Below, piece after piece: positions 33,320 to 36,303 of a stretch of DNA of 36,303 nt. The stretch spans positions 1 through 36,303 of the forward strand of contig CALDGN010000114.1 in NCBI GenBank assembly GCA_937942965.1, given 5' to 3'. The stretch is from an uncultured Acidimicrobiales bacterium (GTDB taxonomy: Bacteria > Actinomycetota > Acidimicrobiia > Acidimicrobiales > UBA10347). The translations under genes and the position numbers were made by a program. The notes beneath the pieces are model-generated. The model did not search any database. It saw nothing but the letters and a program-made list of their open reading frames with translations, and had not been told where the DNA came from. Numbering within the stretch: position 1 is the stretch's first letter; each line of letters opens with the position of its first letter.

Positions 33320-33840
33320 GGTTTGTGCCCGACCGCCGGAGCGATCGGGCACGGTAGGAGATCTTCCACCGACGACGACTGATGCGTTGCCGGTGGCCGC
33401 TCACAAGCCAAGGTTCAGGCGACGTGCCTCGCTGCAGGAGTCACGGCCGGCTGCGTCGATGCCGGGGAAGTTGTCGAGTCGCTATGTGCGACCGACACCG
33501 ACGCGTGCCGCCAGGGCTTGGGTGGTAGTCCTTCCCACGCCGCCGGATGGAGGGGAGTGTTCCAGTCGGCGTGGGGTGTTCTTTTGCTGGTTCGTAGCGA
33601 TTGGATGCGGGAGGCTCGGTTTCTCACGTTGGTGGCGGTTCGCATGTAGTTGAAACGCCGTGAGCTGGCCCTGTGGTCCGCGATTGCAACATCTCGGACA
33701 ATTGGATTCGGGTTGGTTGCTGTTCGGTGCTCTGCCCGCATGGATTCATGATGAACGGATCGCTGGCTTCGGTCCGTGTGGCCCCACACAGAAGCCGCGT
33801 GACGGTCGCTACGGCGCGAATCCCCATCGCCCCACAGTCC
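33320..33840 (-). ncRNA. Candidate long structured non-coding RNA or leader in a ~700-nt intergenic region
   Basis: Structured blocks at 33743-33823, 33534-33575 (loop ACACUCCCCUCCA), 33363-33470 and 33325-33352; G-U pairs in the last three favour the minus strand; no convincing ORF. Confidence 0.4.
33325..33352 (-). terminator. 12-bp hairpin with UCCG tetraloop, probably ending a minus-strand transcript
   Basis: Minus strand GTGCCCGATCGC-TCCG-GCGGTCGGGCAC; the single non-Watson-Crick pair is G-U only on the minus strand. Confidence 0.6.
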
Positions 33841-34001
33841 ATGTCGTGAGCAACATTGTCCACACCGGCAACGATTGGAACGGATCCAGCGTTCACCAAG
33901 TCAGGACAAGTTGTGTCGGGTGATTGACCCTCCCGGCGCGCTGGAGTTGACTGGAGCTATGGCCGACATCGCATCGGTCGGCCAACTCGAAGGAGAATGA
34001 C

Positions 34002-35048
34002 GTGCCGGAGTGGACTGCAGAAGTGATCTCGTGGGTGTGTGGCGCGGGCGGAGTCGGGCTCGTGCTCGGCTGGCTTGTTGGGCGTTTCGGTGGTGGCCGT
34101 GTGTCGCGCGCCGAGTACGACTCGATCTATACCCAAGAGCGTTCGTTGCGTAACGAGCTACGCGACACCAAGGCGCATCAAGCTGCTGTCGACGCCGAAC
34201 TACGTGGCCTACGCACCCGCAACCTGACGCTCGAGGGCGAGCTCGATGCCAGTCAGCGCATCGCTGGCGAAGCGCGCGACGAGGCCACGGCCCATGCGAC
34301 CCGCGAGCTCGAGGTGCACGAGCTCGAAGGCGTCAACGCTTCGCTGCGGGCTGAGCTCGAAGCCGCCCGGATTCGCTACGCCGAGCTCCATGGCCAGCAG
34401 GCGCAGATCTTGGCCGACTTCGAAACAGCATCGGCGCAGATCGAAGCCCACGACAACGCGCAGGGTCGCATGAGCGGCGAGCTCGAAGATGCCCAGCAGC
34501 GCGCGTCGGAACTGGCCGAAGCCAACGCGTCGATCACGGCCGATCTCGACTTCGTCGCCAACCGGGTCGATGATCTTGAGAAGCGCACCGCCGTCGCCGC
34601 CGACGGCCTGTATCTCGCACGTGCTCGTGTGTCCGAAGTCGAGGGCAAGCTCGCGGCAGCACTCTCTGCGCTCCGCTCCGCGTCAGGCGATCTGTCGGCC
34701 GTGCAGGACGACATCAATGCGGCCGAGGCTGGCGCCACGGTTGCTGCGTCCGCGGAACCGACGGTGGCAAGCGAGCCAGTCGCAAGTCAACCAGTGGCAG
34801 CCGAGCCGGACACCAGTGAGCTGGCGACCGAGATGGTCGATGACAGCGTCTTCGATCTGCCCGCCGCAATGGGGACCGACACTCCCCCAGCCGCCTCCGA
34901 ACCGCTCGACCTCACCGATGCGTTCGACGCCACGGATCCGATCGATCTGACCGAAGACGCCTCCGAGCTCGCAGGCAACGGAGTCGACGCCGCCGCAGAC
35001 GCAGCCGAGGTTGCTGCCAAGCGAGCGGCGAACATCGACGCCTGGTAG
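34002..35048 (+). CDS. Membrane-anchored coiled-coil protein with acidic low-complexity C-terminus
   Basis: AAGGAG SD 6 nt before the GTG; N-terminal TM segment (GVGLVLGWLVGR), ~200 aa of heptad-like helix and a D/E/A/P-rich tail. Confidence 0.75.
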   Translation: MPEWTAEVISWVCGAGGVGLVLGWLVGRFGGGRVSRAEYDSIYTQERSLRNELRDTKAHQAAVDAELRGLRTRNLTLEGELDASQRIAGEARDEATAHATRELEVHELEGVNASLRAELEAARIRYAELHGQQAQILADFETASAQIEAHDNAQGRMSGELEDAQQRASELAEANASITADLDFVANRVDDLEKRTAVAADGLYLARARVSEVEGKLAAALSALRSASGDLSAVQDDINAAEAGATVAASAEPTVASEPVASQPVAAEPDTSELATEMVDDSVFDLPAAMGTDTPPAASEPLDLTDAFDATDPIDLTEDASELAGNGVDAAADAAEVAAKRAANIDAW

Positions 35049-35065
35049 AAGCAGCTGCTCGTCGG

Positions 35066-35776
35066 CTAGTCGATCACCACGAGCACGTCGTCGATCGACT
35101 TGCGAGCGATGTCGGGCACCTTCGTGCCCGGCAGCGGAAGCCCGATCGGGAACATCACGAACGGCCGCTCGTTTTCCGGGCGCCCAAGCAGCTTGGTGAG
35201 GAACGCCATCGGTGAGGGCGTGTGGGTGAGCGTCACCAAGCCGGCCGTGTGCAACGCGGTAATGAACATGCCCGCGGCGATGCCGCATGATTCTTTGACG
35301 TAGTAGTTCTTGCGCCGCTCGCCATCGGCTCGAACCTCGTACCGCTGTTCGAAGAGCACCACGATCCAGGGCGCGATCTCGAGGAACTCCTTGTGATGGT
35401 CGGTGCCGAGCGGTGCGAGCGCTTCTTGCCATTCCTCGTTCATGCGGTTGTCGAGGTAGTTGACGCGCTCCTCTTCTTCGGCCGCGAGCCGGATCTCGCG
35501 TTTTGTGGCTGGGTCGCTGATGGCGACGAAGGTCCAGGGTTGCTTGTGCGCTCCTGACGGCGCGGTCGATGCCGCAGCTACCGCCTGCTCGATGACCGCC
35601 TGCGGCACGGGGTCGGGAGCGAACATGCGGACGCTTCGGCGCGCTTCGAGGTGGGCATGGAACTCGCGAGCGCGCCGCTCCATTTCATCGGCGTCGAGTG
35701 TGTTGTGCTCGTACGTGATGAACGGATGCTCGGCCGCCAGCTCCGGCGACGGGTAGGGGTGCTCGTAGAGACTCAC
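35066..35776 (-). CDS. Nitroreductase superfamily, iodotyrosine deiodinase (IYD)-like flavoprotein
   Basis: RRSVRMF, APSGAHKQPWTF, AEEEERVNY, LGTDHHKEFLEIAPW, YYVKESCGIAAG and LVTLTHTP. Confidence 0.88.
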   Translation of the reverse strand: MSLYEHPYPSPELAAEHPFITYEHNTLDADEMERRAREFHAHLEARRSVRMFAPDPVPQAVIEQAVAAASTAPSGAHKQPWTFVAISDPATKREIRLAAEEEERVNYLDNRMNEEWQEALAPLGTDHHKEFLEIAPWIVVLFEQRYEVRADGERRKNYYVKESCGIAAGMFITALHTAGLVTLTHTPSPMAFLTKLLGRPENERPFVMFPIGLPLPGTKVPDIARKSIDDVLVVID

Positions 35777-35805
35777 CTGACGAGTCTCCCACTTGCCAGC
35801 AAGCC

Positions 35806-36303
35806 TTAGGCACAGAGCTGAAGCACCCGAAGCACGTGGTAGCCGTCGCCATCGATCGCTTCGAGGCGTCCGGTGAACGCACAGAAGCGGTCGCCTGGCA
35901 GCGGCGCGGAACCAATCAGTCCGACTGGGTCGATGTTGGCGGGAATCTGGAGTCGACCGTCGCTGTCCGGGTTGCCGATCAAGACGGTTCCGTCGACGAA
36001 GCGGAACTCGGAAACGTCCGGAATATCGAGGTCGGAACCGAACGGCTCAGCCCGCACAAGAATCGGTCGCCGCGGCACGGTGTCGTCGACCGGCTGCACT
36101 TCTTCTCGCAGATAGAGCGACGATGCCCACCCGGTCAGCATCTGCCCATCCGGCTGGTCAAGGGCAACCCAGGTCCAGTTACCGAACGGGTGCGGCACAT
36201 CGGAGCGGAAGATCCGACACTGGCCCTCGGCCAGCTCGCCGACGATCGGCTCATCAGTCGAGGGGCCGCTGCGCACGTTGAGCGTGTCCGGAGAGACGAT
36301 GCC
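35806..36303 (-). CDS. Partial (5' end outside window) protein with a bacterial SH3-like domain
   Basis: Frame is open to the window edge; TLNVRSGPSTDEPIVGEL...W...GWASSLYL is an SH3b pattern. Confidence 0.7.
   Translation of the reverse strand, partial: GIVSPDTLNVRSGPSTDEPIVGELAEGQCRIFRSDVPHPFGNWTWVALDQPDGQMLTGWASSLYLREEVQPVDDTVPRRPILVRAEPFGSDLDIPDVSEFRFVDGTVLIGNPDSDGRLQIPANIDPVGLIGSAPLPGDRFCAFTGRLEAIDGDGYHVLRVLQLCA

Noticed and set aside
33700-33840. Known riboswitch (c-di-AMP/ydaO, c-di-GMP), SRP RNA, tmRNA or tRNA
   Set aside because: Diagnostic conserved motifs were not found by eye; needs cmscan.
33285-33923. Short ORFs in the long intergenic region (33415-33789, 33285-33653, 33660-33923, 33624-33899)
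   Set aside because: No SD, atypical codon usage and no recognisable motifs; a small peptide cannot be fully excluded.

Overview
High-GC chromosomal window from an actinobacterium. An Acidimicrobiia-like lineage is inferred from gene content, an actinobacterial LexA box, an LAxTG sorting signal and many leaderless promoters; this is not confirmed. It holds about 19 protein genes: a PhyH-type dioxygenase, a WXG100-like/PI-PLC fusion, two small Cys-containing secreted proteins, an AccD2/AccA2 (AtuC/AtuF)-like acyl-CoA carboxylase pair, an AlkD-like glycosylase, a FetB-like permease, three c-di-GMP/PAS signalling genes, SOS-boxed dinB, an SDR, a ~4,970-aa surface protein with 36 DUF11 repeats, a lipase-GDPD lipoprotein fusion, nitrobindin, a coiled-coil membrane protein, an iodotyrosine-deiodinase-like nitroreductase and a partial SH3b protein. 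The least explained signals are non-coding. Two convergent structured RNA candidates flank the nitrobindin gene (about 32631-32800 on +, about 33320-33840 on -), and each displays a CCCCUCC anti-Shine-Dalgarno-like loop. A REP-like hairpin insert separates the two carboxylase genes. I saw no rRNA, tRNA, CRISPR array or transposase. All calls come from motif recognition by eye; no database search or folding computation was run.
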